Source: Paragordius varius
Lineage: Eukaryota; Animalia; Nematomorpha
Reading direction: 5' to 3'
Assembly: GCA_964247055.1 (NCBI GenBank)
Contig: OZ176058.1
Coordinates: 2,542,001 to 2,606,000, forward strand
DNA length: 64,000 bases
Of the stretch, positions 26,001 to 40,000 are shown piece after piece. The position numbers and the translations under genes were made by a program. The notes below the pieces were generated by a model. The model ran no database searches. It was not told the origin of the DNA and was given only the letters and a program-made list of their open reading frames with translations. Position 1 is the first letter of the stretch, and the number at the start of each line of letters is the position of its first letter.

Positions 26001-27847
26001 GATTTTTGAATTGTCATAACGTGCGGTTAAGCAGAAATGGAATTCCAAAAAAAAACCGCATTAGATCCAGTATTACAAAAAGTAATTAAAGCGTTAAACA
26101 ACCATGGCTGGAGTTTTCCAGAATCAGAAAAGTTTGTAAACCGTAAAGACGAGTTGGCATATCAATATGGCTTGTTAAGTTTAATGATCGGTCTATAATT
26201 CCGAACCCCTCCAAAAAGAGGTGGTGAGATTCCTACACAGCGGTCAACAACGTAGAGACCATGAAAACGATGGCCAGATTTACGTGTTATTGACCAGAAT
26301 TAAAAAATGACCTGGTAAAAGCCAGTAGTCAATGCGAATGGTGCCAACGTAGTAGGCCGAATGTTACTCAAAATTCGACGTATCAGTGGGATCATAATGT
26401 TGCTGTGTGGGAGCGCTTGCGTATTAATGTAGCCGGACCGGTAGACGGTTATTATTGGTTGTTGATGATTGATAGTACCTCTAAATGGGCAGAAGGGTTT
26501 ATTTTGAAAAGGTACCCGCAGCGAATATAATCCATAAAGTAGAAGAAACGTTTGCAAAGTTTGGCTTTGCAAGGGAGATCGTTAGCGATAACGCTTTGTA
26601 TTTTAACAATGAGTACTTCACGTCAGCCTTAAGTACGTTAGGGGTTAAACATATTAAGGTTACACCCTACCATCCTAAGAGTAATGGGATGGTAGAAAGG
26701 TTAGTAGGTATAATAAAAAATAAATACAAAAGAATAAAATATAATGCGATATCCAATCACGAAGCGTTTTACACTAGCCTATGGGGGTATAGAAACTCTA
26801 TACACTCGATAATTAAAGAAACCTCAGCCCAATTAATGTTCAAGCGTACCATATTCCCTTAACCTGGTTAAATAGTAGGGCAAGATTGTTAGATGTACCG
26901 GCACCCCGATGTCAGTTTGCCATTAATGACCGAGTAATGATTAAAAATGAACTAAGTCCAGGGGAGAGATCACAGACCGTACAGGGTTTTTTCATACAAG
27001 GTGTGGGACAAAGACCGGGATAAATTCCTGAGGAAACACGCCGATCAAATAGTTTACCAGCCACAACCACAAACTACCACTTTCAGCAACACAAGTGAGG
27101 AGGACGTAACCACTGTCAAGGATGTTGTAACTCCAGAACCTCAACCAAGCATTACAAGCAACCCAAGTGACGAAACCGAACCGATTACCCCGACAGCCAA
27201 AAGTCCGAATAATGACAATACCCAGGAATCTGCCACAACCAGCTCCCCCACAAAAATACAGGATTGACGGTACCCGACAAGAAGTCGACGAAAAGCCGCC
27301 CACTTTCGTAAGAAGGGGGGAGGGATGTTATAGTGGTAACTCACAGTCTAATTTGAATGAACCTTATATTATACTATAGATTAGCCGCATAAACAACATT
27401 CGTCATATATTAATAGATTAACCATGTAACTTATGTTTGTAGTATTATTATATTATTAGATTAACCTCACCACCATATGCTTTGAATAAATTGTAGAAAC
27501 GCAAGCACTTCACCTTGATATATGTGAATACATTTATACCAAATTATATTAGATATATATATATATATTATATATATATATAGATCATTATATAACAACA
27601 AACATATATACAATAAATTTATCCTTTTATAAGTATTGACGTTACTTGTGGTCTCTATTTATTAGGTCATACACCTTTTAATAGGGTTAAAGTTATTAAC
27701 CGAACTGATTCCTGGACGGTTGAAATCGACCGAACTGGTGTTCCTAAGAATTAGAAATTTGACACGAAACTGTTGTGGTTCCCTAGATTTTGGAATCGGA
27801 ACCGGGGTGATTTGTGAAGTTGAAATGAGGATACGATTAGAGCCCGG
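23094..27847. mobile_element. hAT-like non-autonomous element hosting LTR copy C
   Basis: Ends are CAGGGCTCTAA and TTAGAGCCCGG (10/11 inverted match), with AACCG/ACCGAAC subterminal motifs on both sides. The TSD is not convincing. Confidence 0.55.
23671..27664 (+). mobile_element. Ty3/Gypsy (Mag-like) LTR retrotransposon, copy C, independent insertion
   Basis: LTRs 23671-24002 and 27326-27664; TSD GGTC (23667-23670, 27665-27668); flanks differ from A/B. PBS at 24004; PPT agaaggggggaggga. Most of gag is deleted; PR/RT/RH/IN remnants correspond to ORFs 25017, 25540 and 26485. Confidence 0.92.
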
Positions 27848-28529
27848 TATTAATTATTTGAAATTTTTATCAAATTAAATTATTCGAAAATGCAACGGCG
27901 GTAAAAAAAATATTTTGCACAATTTTAGTGAAATGGTAATTCAAAGGAAACAATCCACAAAACATAAAATATTAAATAATACTTTTTCTATAGATGCTGC
28001 TAAAGCAACTATACGAAATATACCTTACATTATTCATATCCCGCAAACACATAAGTAATTTTTTCTGTAAAAACAAATTATATTTAACTTATTGAAAGTG
28101 AACATATATTGCAATCAAAAAACTTAGGTTATAAATTTCCTCCATCGTACTTGGAAGACAAAAGTGCTTTTATAATATTTAAAAATGGATTAAAAAACCT
28201 TTAAAAATGCCTTCAACAAAATTTTAAATGTAATAATCTAACATATATTAAACTACGCAATCTCCTTTTGCGTTTACAGTAAAAATTAAAATTATATTGA
28301 CAAAACGTAAAAATAAAAACTAATATTATTATGAAGAATATTTATTGAAACCTGTGCCAAAAAAATTGTTCATTTCTATTAATTACAATTTATAATGTGC
28401 ATTGAACATTTCGATTCCCTATTTCGCAACCTAAAATGATCTAAAAACGACAAGGTTTCAGTATGGCTCTCTCATTAAAAAATAATTGTTTTTTAGTTTT
28501 TACGTTTTTTCTGTATTATTTCAACCTTA

Positions 28530-29520
28530 CTTTCCTTCCATTTTATCTATATAAAAAATATTAAAAAAGGGTGAAATAAAAACTATCAATTATCCTTGCA
28601 TTGCAAATTAAAAAAATAAATAAAATAGGTCGCACCTGAATTCGTTGTAAGGGGGGTTACAAAATAAAATGCTCACGCACACCTAAATTAATATAAAGAG
28701 TATGATTGGCAGGGAAATAATTTAAAGCTATATAATATGAAAAAAATATAATTCAGTTACCTGACCTTTTTTCTTAAAATTTATACAGGTGTGCTTTATT
28801 TCATTTTTAAACAATTTTATTGGAGTACACTTTAACCGACGTTTTTTCCAAGGACAATTATATAGCAAACAGTTAAAATATCAAAAAAGGATAATTTATT
28901 AACTTTTTCAATGTTAAAAACTCTCAATCATCGTTGCATAGCAAATTTAAAAAAAAATAAAATAGGCCGCACAATAAAGGTACACACCTAAACTCATGTG
29001 CATTCCCCATATATCTCTAAAATGGATCATTTAAAGGTATATATAAAATAAAATTCAGTTACCTGACCTTTTTTCTAAATATTTATACAGGTGTGTTAAC
29101 AACAATTTATTTCGTTTTGAAACAATTTAATTGGAGTCACCTTCTGTAACAGATTTTTTCCAAGGGAGAAATTAATATAATATTTCATTAAATTTCAAAA
29201 AATCTCTCATCATTGTATTGCAAATTTGCAAATTGCAATCAATGAAATAGGTCGCACCTGAATTTGTGGTTAAAAGTTTACTATACAAAAAAAGGCAAAA
29301 CACCACCTTAACTAGTGTAGAAAGTATCATTCCCCAATATCTCTAAATTGGAACAGAAAAAATAATTTAAAACATTTGGCAATTCAGCATATAAAATTAA
29401 ATAGAATAAGGTTACCTTACCTTTCTGTTTCGTTTGAGAACATATTTTGGCACACACTTTCTGCAACACACTTTTTCCAAGGACTTTCTATAGTGAAAAA
29501 ACTATATAAGAGCCAACTTG
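28530..29520. repeat. Three diverged tandem units of ~310 bp
   Basis: aaatagg(t/c)cgcac occurs at ~28623/28960/29245; ttcagttacctgacc at ~28752/29054; ttttttccaagg at ~28843/29155/29472. Confidence 0.75.
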
Positions 29521-31658
29521 TATAACATAATCTAACTTTTTCTAATTTAAAATTTTAATTTTACACCCTTAAAATGCGTTTTTGGGTTTTGTATTCCAAC
29601 GCTACAATATTGTTATGTGTGGCCGCTATTTTCATCAACGAGAAAAAAGGTTAGTTATATATTAATATGTTACCTTTTATTTGTTGTCACATAATAGTGT
29701 TTCAATTAAAATTTACTTCGAAAATTGTTAAAAATATTATTGCAATAACAAATATTTATATTGCTAACTCAATCACGGAATCAATATATGACGGTTTAGA
29801 TTAAATCAGTCAATAATTGATTAAAAACATTGTTGATTCATAGCTTTATTGTAGGGAGCGCCAATTAGCTCTGTTATAAAGAAATATAAGATTTTGTAAT
29901 GAAATTGTGTTCTTAGTTACTTTTCTGCGCGTGGCTTTCTAGAACCACCACCCTTTCTTTTTCCTTCCACTTTACCTGTCATTATTTGGTATAATCCAAT
30001 TTTTTTACCTTGTCCAAAATGAGATAACTTTTAACTTTAAACAATGCCCGGTTAGAGTGCTATTGTGGTTTTTTTGTCAAGAATGGGTGATTTTTTGCTC
30101 GCCATGTTAATTGTAAAGCTAGCTTTCTGCCAACATCATAGTATGCGTTTATTATGGTCCAAAATTTATGTATATATAATAACATTGCTTGGAAATTAAA
30201 GAATTGATAAGCCTAATTTTTGTTGGTATTTTCTTGTCATGCATTTTGTAATATTTGGTCATTCTGGATTTTGCCTTGCGCCATTCTTTTCATATCTGGC
30301 GTCCTATTACTATTTTGGTTAAGACATCCAAAATACTATATTAAAAAATTACTTGAATAATTAGGTTTTTATTAAACATTGCTTATCGAGTTATTAACAC
30401 TTTAAAGTTGTTAAGATAATTGTAAGGTGCTTTTATTAATTGAGGCGTAAATAATTTTACCGCCATCAATTGTGTTTTCCAATATTTTGAATTTAAGAAT
30501 ATTTAAATTGTAATGCGATCTAACATTTATTATTGTAAAATTTGAAATATTAGAAAAAAAACTAAAAAACTCAAAGACAAATATTCTAAAATACAACCAT
30601 ATTTTTAAAATTAATCTTATTTGATCATAGGATTGCATTGTAAAATGAGGAAGGTTATTGTTAATACACTTCAATCAAAATTGTGATTCCTAAATTATGT
30701 ATGGAAAAATAAGGTTGAAAATGATCTTAAGAATGAGAATATCTCCCTTTATTTTTAAATTTTGTGAGTATTGCTTTAATTATTATTGGCCTAAAGTTTC
30801 TTTTGTTGTCAAAGGCGAATAAAGTCACCGCAATCAAATTGTATGATAGTGGTTTTTTTATATTCAGAGTTTTATAGAACCTTGATTACGAACTTTGATG
30901 CTTATATTTATTACAGAATCGAAATAAATGATATAATACGGACAAAACTCAAAAAAATAAAGACAAATAATTTTCAACTGATCACTATTTTTTTAACTTA
31001 ATTTTTATATAAATAGGACTTGTCGTTTTGTGTTGCAAATTAAAAATAGTCGTATGAATTCATTACACTTTAAAAAAATTAATTAAATATATCGAAAAAT
31101 TAAACAAAAATTTACAGCGGTCTTATTAAAAATATATTTTCTTATATTTTTTTGCCTTTGTTTACTGTATTTTAAATTTAAGGCACCACCGGAGTGGACT
31201 CTAAAGTTTTAATAATTAAGTTTTATTCAATGGGCGTTAGTTAACCCGTCATGAAATTGTTTATATTTTTTAAATATTAAAAGTTTTAGACAATTTTAAT
31301 ATTTATATTGCCATCTTTGATCCTTAAACAAAATAGAATTATATAAAAAAAACTTAAAAATCGATAAAAAAATCTTTATATTAGCGGTTTTACGAAAAGT
31401 TTATTTGTCTTTTAATTTTCACCTTTTCTATGTATAATTTCAATTTTTATTGTGATTTAAATTTAAGGCAAATCCAAAGTTTTTGACTTTAAAGTTATGA
31501 AACTGTTTTTAACTAAGGCATAGGCGATAAAATTTGTAAAAAAAAATTTCAGATATGCAAAGCGCTTGATACAATCCAAAATATATATATTGCTAACTAA
31601 ACACCTGATTTTAATATTTATACCAAACTAAAAACATATTTTTTATAATAAAAATTAG

Positions 31659-34041
31659 TGGATGCTACAGGGATCGTTGTTGGTTATATAACTGAATGGA
31701 TGTCTATGCCGATCGAAGATATTAGGGGTGATTGGTTAACTCATGTTCTGTATGCTTTTCTTTTTATCAATCAGGATGGGACTCTCAGAATTTTGCCTTC
31801 AAGTAAAGTTTTCATATTTTTTAAAAAAATATATATTACAATCGTGTATGGAAACTTTTGATAAACGTACGTTTTTAATTGATTAAATCTTTTTTAGTTA
31901 TTGTTGTACCCAAACTTCTATTCAGCATGCGCATTCGTATGACGATATTTTGTTTAACCACAAATGAAAATGGACATATTGTTTTTATTTTTTATATAAA
32001 GATATTACTTTAAATTTTATAAATTTATGCAACTTAAAAGTTCCAAAAATATATTTTAATTTATATTTTGAATTATAATTTATATTTTGGTTGTAATAAC
32101 TTTTGAGTTGTACTTAGTGATATCTTTATTATAAAAAAATGTCCATTGGCTCAAAATATCGTCCAAAGAATGCACATGTTGAAAAGACATCTACGTCAAA
32201 CAATAAAAAAGCTAAAATCAATAAAAAAGGGTACGTTTTTCAAGAGTTTTCCTTACACGACGAGATAGCAATTTAAAATTGGTAAACAACAAAAAAACTA
32301 GTTTAATTTCCCCAAATAAGTATCGTTTTTTAAATTAACTTAACATTATTTAAAAAATATAAATGAGTATTTATTATTCAGCATAAATTTTTTCTACATC
32401 ATTTTAAGTTGGAAATAAAAACAAGCATAAAAATACCATATCACTGTAACTTTTTATATTGTATAATTTATCTATGACTAATTTACAGTCACTTCTGACA
32501 CTTCAAATTAAATAAGTTATGTTTTTGAAAACCAAAAATTACCAATATTTTTAAAATTTTATAAAATCAAACTTTGATTAAAATGAACATATGATGCAGA
32601 AAATAAGGCTTAACTATGCCCAAGAAATATTTCACACTAAAAATGAGTTAGATTAGACCAAAAGCACATAATTAATTTATAAGGTAAATTAAAAAAGTTC
32701 GAGGGTAAATTTTAAATGTTCAAGGGTGTATTTGATATCTTTCGAAAAATAAAATATCAATAATATAAATTTGTTAGGCACTAATCACTTTACCAAACTT
32801 AAAGCCCTTATTCAACGTTATCCAAATCTAAAAGTTTTACCAAGTATTGGAGGTGCCAACAATTCCACGGATTTTTTGTAAGTTCACAATCAACCTGAAA
32901 ATCTCTATATATACAATAAAAATTGGAATACGGACAAAATGCAAAAATATATTTTTCTAAAAGCAACCATACCTTTTAATTGATTTTTTAAAAATATAAT
33001 TTATTGTTTATTTGAAATGACAAAATGTAAAATATATATTTAACAAAATCAATCCTAAATTTTACAAATGTAATTAAATAGCGAATATGGGAAAAATTAA
33101 GGTTTAAAAAAGTATAATTGTCTTTTTTATAAAAACATATGTCTTTATATTTTTACGTTTTGTCCGTAAAATTGTTTTTACTGTAAAATTATACCGACAA
33201 AACTTAATTTATTGTACACTTAATTTTTACTACATAAATTGAGTAATTTTGAATAATTCAATCAAATCATTTATATCTCCATTCCCCTCGCAACAAAATG
33301 ATTTATACTATATTATATAAAAAATTAATCATTAGAAAGTATGGTTGCCTTTAGATGTGAAAAAAATTTGTTTTTTTGTTTTTACGTAGTCTGTATTAAT
33401 TTCTAGGATACAGTTATACTTATATTAAATTTTATGGTGAACTTTGTTAATAAATGGCGAACTATTTTCATTATCCTAATATTATTGATTTATAATGCGG
33501 ATATTTTTTATATGGTCATCATTTATAATTGTGTTAATATGTTGTAAAATATCCAATTATATTATAAATTGTGTACCTCGATAATTAATTTATCCTATAT
33601 AACATATACATACAAAATAATAAGGATCTTAAATACTGATGCCAAACGTCAAACATTTGCAAACTCGTGCAAAAACTTTATCCAGCAGCACGGATTCCAT
33701 GGGATTGATATTGACTGGGAATATCCTAGTGGCGAACAACAGAAATCGGATTATGGCAAATTATTACAGGTTGGATAATGAACCACATTATTTTTGTGGG
33801 TTAAAATTTTTGATTAAAACTTTAATTGAATGAATATAAATGACCAACTATCTTGTTGTAAAACAACATGATAAATGGATTTAACTCGCGGCCTTCGGCC
33901 ACGTGTTAGCCCTCCGAGATTTATAATTTGTAAAAAACAATTTTTCTAAATAAGTCTATTCAATATACTAGAATTAAAAAAATTTGTAATATAGTTGATA
34001 TTTTGGAGTCTTATGTTTGAAATCTAAACTATTGACAAATA

Positions 34042-34086
<45 letters not shown>

Positions 34087-37000
34087 AGCCATTTGTGTTG
34101 CACACCCCCTATTTAAGCAATTAATTCATTGGATCCATGAAAAAATCTATTAAACAAGACCGTTTATTTTTTTTAATTGGGTAACCTAAACCTATATTCA
34201 ATTTTATTAGCCAACTCAACATATAAATTTGAATTTATAAACTGCAAAAAAAGATAATAATTTAAATAATAAAGACCTTAGATAACACACTGGGATCGGG
34301 TTATGAATTGATGTCAGCCGTGCCAGCTGGAATACACAATATGAATTCTTTCAATACCACTGCCATGAATAAGTAAATATTTTTTTAAAAAAATATATAC
34401 CATTTACAATTCAAATTCACCTTTGAACAATTCAAATTCACCTTCGAACAATTCAAATTCACCCATTCGAATTCACCTTCGAACAATTCGATTTCACCCT
34501 AAAATAAATTGTGTGTTTTTGAAGATTATATATTACCTACATTTTTTTATATTTTTTAAAAAAGGAATTTTGTATATCAAAATAATACTGAAAAAATAAT
34601 AAACTATGCCATAAAAATATATTTAATTTTAATATGAGTTATATTAGACCAAAATTTCATGATTTATTTTTAGGGTAAATTTGAATTGTTCGAGGGTAAA
34701 TTTAAATTGTTTGAGGGTGAATTTGAATTGTTCAAGGGTGAATTTGAACTGTAAATGGTATATATATGGTAACCATTTTTACCATCCATCATTTTTTTAA
34801 ATCAAATTATTATTTAAAGTCATTTAGATTACGTTTTGATAATGGGTTACGATTTTGCTGGATCCTGGAGTGGTTCAACCGCCCACAATGCTCCCTTGTA
34901 TGGTGGAGATTATTCCGTTGTAAATAAAATTTACACAATATATATAATATATATTATATATACATAACACCATTTACACTTCAAATTCACCCTCCGACAT
35001 TTTCAATTCAAAGTTATAAATATTAAACTAAATTTGAGGTATTTGAGAGTGAAATAAAAATGTTGGTGGAGGTGTAAATGGTATATATATAAAATTTATA
35101 TATTTTTATAGTATACACCAAGATTTTCATGCTGCTTTTGTGTTTGGGCGTGCGAGTTGTTTCACTTTTATTTAATTACTCCATGTGGAAAAATTACAAA
35201 ATAGTGCACATTGTGTTAAATTAATTTTAAAAAATTTTTTACTTTAAAACTCATATGCAACAGATTCATATCGGTCCTTAGATTCAAATAGGGGGCATTT
35301 GTACCTCAGCACTGTTGTAAATTAAATATTATGGATACAATTGAAATCATTGCAAATGTTTGCACTTAAATATCATTGATAGATGCACCAAATAAAATAA
35401 AAATATTCATTCAAACAAACTTGATGTAATTTATTTTATGGATAAACCTAAAAGCAACATCCGCCACCATGATATGTGTTTATTAACTAAATATATAAAA
35501 TTTAATTTTAACAACTTTTAATGTTTAAATCAATGTTAGATGCGATATAATAAAAAATTAACTTTAATTTTAGCGTTAGAATCAAATAAACACAATATTT
35601 GCAAAAGTGTTTTAAAATAAAAATGATAAAGTCTGGTGTCTTTAGATAGCCCAATTTGAATCCGTGTCTTAAACCAATTTATATTTTAGATCAGAATTTA
35701 TATTTGATTTATGATCTTTAAATGTCCCAAATATTTTTAAATAAATGATAAAAGATATCCCTAAGATAATTAAATAATAACATCATATAAAGAAATCCCC
35801 AAACGCATACTTTAGCTTTTAAATCTACAAAAAATATTAAAATATTTTAAAGCGTGCTAGGTATGGTAATATAATATATAATAATTAAAACGCTTTACTA
35901 ACATGGGTTTACAGATAATATATTTTGGTGTCATACTATTAGAAGTCATTATCCTTGCAATCTTTGTGCGCATCTTATTTAACGGCCGATTTAATGGGCT
36001 GGTTTACAATAATAAGTGGCTGGGAGTATATATAAATATATAATGATTTATTTAGCTTTTGCCAATAATTGAAATAAATAACGTGGATTTAGAAATTTTA
36101 TTTAGCTGAGATAGAATAAAATTTAAAAGATTTGATGAATCTTCCTAACCCCACAATCAAACGCATCATGAAAATCTTGTTATATTATCTCAAAATGTAT
36201 AAATTTATTAAGAGTACATCTTATAACCTACTCCCAACAAAATACATTTTAAATACAAAGAAATTCAGCAATTCTTCATTATAAGTTCTTATTTATTTCT
36301 CAAGACGCTATTTAAATAAAATTGGTTAATCTATTCGCCTGCATTTCTATTTTGTTTAAGTGATTAATTCATATTTAGATTTGGTTTTTATTTTTGGGCA
36401 TATAAAAAACTAACACATCCATTTAAATTTATTGGTGAATTTGAAATATTTGAGCTTAAATTAAAGTGTTAATACGAAATGAAAATGTTACAGTAAAAAC
36501 TGAAATTTTACGGACAAAATGTAAAAATATAAAGACAAATATTTTTTTTTAAAAGACCATACTTTTTAAATCTTTATTTTTTATAACACATTGTTTAAAA
36601 TATCAAAGTCTAAAATAGAGATAATACTAACACAATCAATTCTATATTTTGCAATTTTAACTAAAAATAGCTTATATAAGAACAATTAAGGTTTTAAAAG
36701 TTTGATTGTCTTTAGGAAAAAAATATTTGTCTTTATACTTTTACGTTTTGTCCGTATAATTTGCATTTTTAATATGTATTAAATAAAGGATGGCGCTGTA
36801 CAAGGATGGAGATCACGTGGTCTAAATGCCAATAAAATTGTAATTGGTGTTCCTTTCTACGGACATAAATTCGTTAATGCCCCATCCCATTTACCAAATA
36901 GTCAAGGATCATATTCTCAACTTTTAACTTGGGATCAGGTATAACATAATTTGACACTAAAATTTGAAAAAAAGATTATAGTCTTAAACACAAGATTAGC

Positions 37001-40000
37001 GCTTTTTCGAATGATATCACACATATTAATGAATCATCGAAAAACATTGTATCTTATTTGTAATTATGTTTTTTGCAAAACACATATATTAGATAAAAGG
37101 CATATCTAAAACACGACAATGGGACAGCGCTGCACAAACCTCTTATGGCTATAATAATAATGATTGGTATACCTTTGATGATGAAGAGAGCATGACTAAA
37201 AAGGTAAGAAACTATTCTTTTATCCTTCATTTCCTTAACACTTTATTACCAGTTTAAGGTAATAATTTAGCGCCCTGTGCAATTTATTCAAACATTTAAA
37301 AAGGTATTTGAACATGGGGCAAATTTAAAATATGCTTATTTAGCCTTTTTAAAAATAAAATTGATAAACATTTTAAAAAATCATTGTATTAAACTTTTCA
37401 GCCATTTTTCTGTTTTGCTAACATGCAAATAGGTTTTTATCAGGTCAATAGAAATAACAAATTCTGGAAAACTTCCCAAATACATTTCACCGGCAATTTG
37501 CATATTTTTGATAATATCAAATTTCCGTCTCATGGTTTTGGGAGATACCTAAATTTGGGACTCGTTTGAAAATTGCATAAAAATAAGAGATTTTACATCT
37601 AATACAGGAGAACAGAGCTTAATAATAAACCAAAACATTTTTTTATCATTGGTTTATATTTACAGATGTAAGTTGGTATAAAAACCCCTAAATGTAATAA
37701 ACTTCAAAAAAACTTGTTAAAATTGTGTGGAATGACATATATCTTTGTTAAAATCATTTATAATGCCATTTCTAGATTGCGTATGCATGCCCGGCTTATA
37801 GGGGAGCCATGATTTGGGAATTAAGTCAAAATCGGGATCAATCATTACTACAGCATATTTATAATCAGGTTCAAACTTTAATTCAAAGATAATTCATATT
37901 GTCAATGCTATTAATACATCGTCTTATTTTTGATTGTAGCAAATCATAGACCTATACAGTTATTTAACTTTATAAATACAACATTATTAAACTCAGAGTT
38001 ATAATCAATAACATAAAGATTTTTATACCCTAATTTAAAGCTTTTTATGATAGGTTCCCTAAGGATAATCTACCCTTTTTATGTTGGTAGTGTTTTATAT
38101 TTATGTATTATCCCCTTGAACACTTGGAATTCATCCTCGAAAAGTTTAGAATTGACCCTTAAACATTGTAAACTTTAAACATCTCTTAATCACCTTAAAC
38201 AAATAGTGTGTCTATGTATATCAAAATTAACTAATACAACCCAATAATAAAAGTGCCATAACTAATAGTAGTTTTGTGGTAAATTATAAAAGTTCAAGGG
38301 TGAATTTAAAACGTCAAGGGTAAATTTTTTGTAATTAAGTGTATATTATAAATGTTAAAAGGTAAGTTTAATATGTTCGGGGGAAATTCGAACATTTAAA
38401 GATTCATTTTAAATGTTCAATCTAACTTAAATTAGGGTGAATTTGGAGAAATGTTTGAAGGTTAATATAAAATGTTTTATAAAATGTTCTCTAGGGTAAA
38501 TATTACATGTGTTCAAGAGTAAATTTAAGGTTTGTAAATGTTGGTATTTTTAGGTCAAAAATACGTGTGGCCTAGTCTCGGGTGGAGGGGGAGGAGGGGG
38601 TGCAACCACGTCAGGGCCCACGAATCCACCTCAAACGACTCAAGGACCTACGACTTCTCAACCAACTCAAACTTCTCCACCTCAAACAACTACCTCTGGG
38701 GGCGGAGGTGGGGGTGGGGGCAATTGTCCAACAAATCTTAACACGATATGCAGTCAATTTAATAACAATGGGTTTGCCAAGTATCCCAATGATTGCAGGT
38801 AGATCAAAAATTATCAAAAATTTCATCTTGTTATACAGTTTTCGAAGTAAGTATATTTTTCCTTCATATCCAAGGGTTAAAGACTTAAATTGTATCAGGA
38901 TTTGGGGAAACTTTAACACTCGCCTGCCTAGGGTTGATAATGACAATGGAAAAATTACTCTGTTTAGGGGTTCGAACTACACAAGCAGTATAAGAGTCCG
39001 GTGTCTTACCTAGTATACCATCAGGCTTTCACTCAAAAATTTTGGATGTTATTATACAGACGCAACGTTAAATAAAAACTAAAAAAAACTATATTCTTAT
39101 TGTAGAGTCAAGCATATATTGTAAAAGTAGTTAATATAGGAAATAACAATGTGTGGATGTCTTGTTAAAAAAATATTTTTTGTCATCTTTAATTTTTTAC
39201 ATTGACATATGTAAGAAATGGATTCCGAATACTAGCATTTCTTTTGTTTTAGCTTACTCTAATGCTCATCTGCCAAAGTCATTTTTTATTTCTGGTAAAA
39301 TAATATTTTCAATGTCATACAACTAGGGTTGTGCTGACCAAGTCATGACCAGGTCAGTGATTATTTATTTTTTGACCATGGTCATTTAATAAAACAGCGG
39401 TTTTTTAAAAAAATTGCTGGTATTTGGAAGAGAGATAATAAGATTTTATTGCTTTTTATATACTTTTTAAAATATAAATTTAAAAATTTAAATATGTTTA
39501 TTTAACAATATAAAATTGTTAAACATGCATCCTTATAACATTAGCATTTAGCATATCCAGTTATTTTGAAAAATAAACCAATCATATGCGATTATTCTAT
39601 ATATATGAACCAATAAAATGTAAAAACATTTTTAATTGGATATTTCAATGATGATAGAAAGAAAACTAGCTAAAATTTTATTTGAAATATCCAGCATTAG
39701 CTATGAATTTCAAGATTCTAAAGGCCACAAAAATGTGGCAAAATTTATTTTAAAACAAAATTTGCAATTAAATTTGATTGAAAATATTGTAATAAATAAA
39801 AAATGTATAATATAAACTTTTAAGATAAAACATGTCATTATTAGTGAAACGCAAGTGTCGTCCCAACATTATTTTCACAAACCAATGTCGCATGGAATTT
39901 ACTTAGGTAACAAATGGTCATGACCGTGGTCGTGACCATGGTCTGACTGGGTCAGACCGGACTTTTTTTGAAAAAGCAGTCAAATGCACAACCCTACATA

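Noticed and set aside
29800-30150. Tc1-like transposase N-terminal remnant on the minus strand (GRKRKGGGSRKPR)
   Set aside because: There is only one short basic motif amid stops, with no TIRs or catalytic motifs found.
33890-33900. GGCC-TTCG-GCC hairpin as a Helitron 3' end or terminator
   Set aside because: The stem is very short, there is no clear downstream CTAG terminus or 5' TC partner, and bacterial terminators are irrelevant in this intron.
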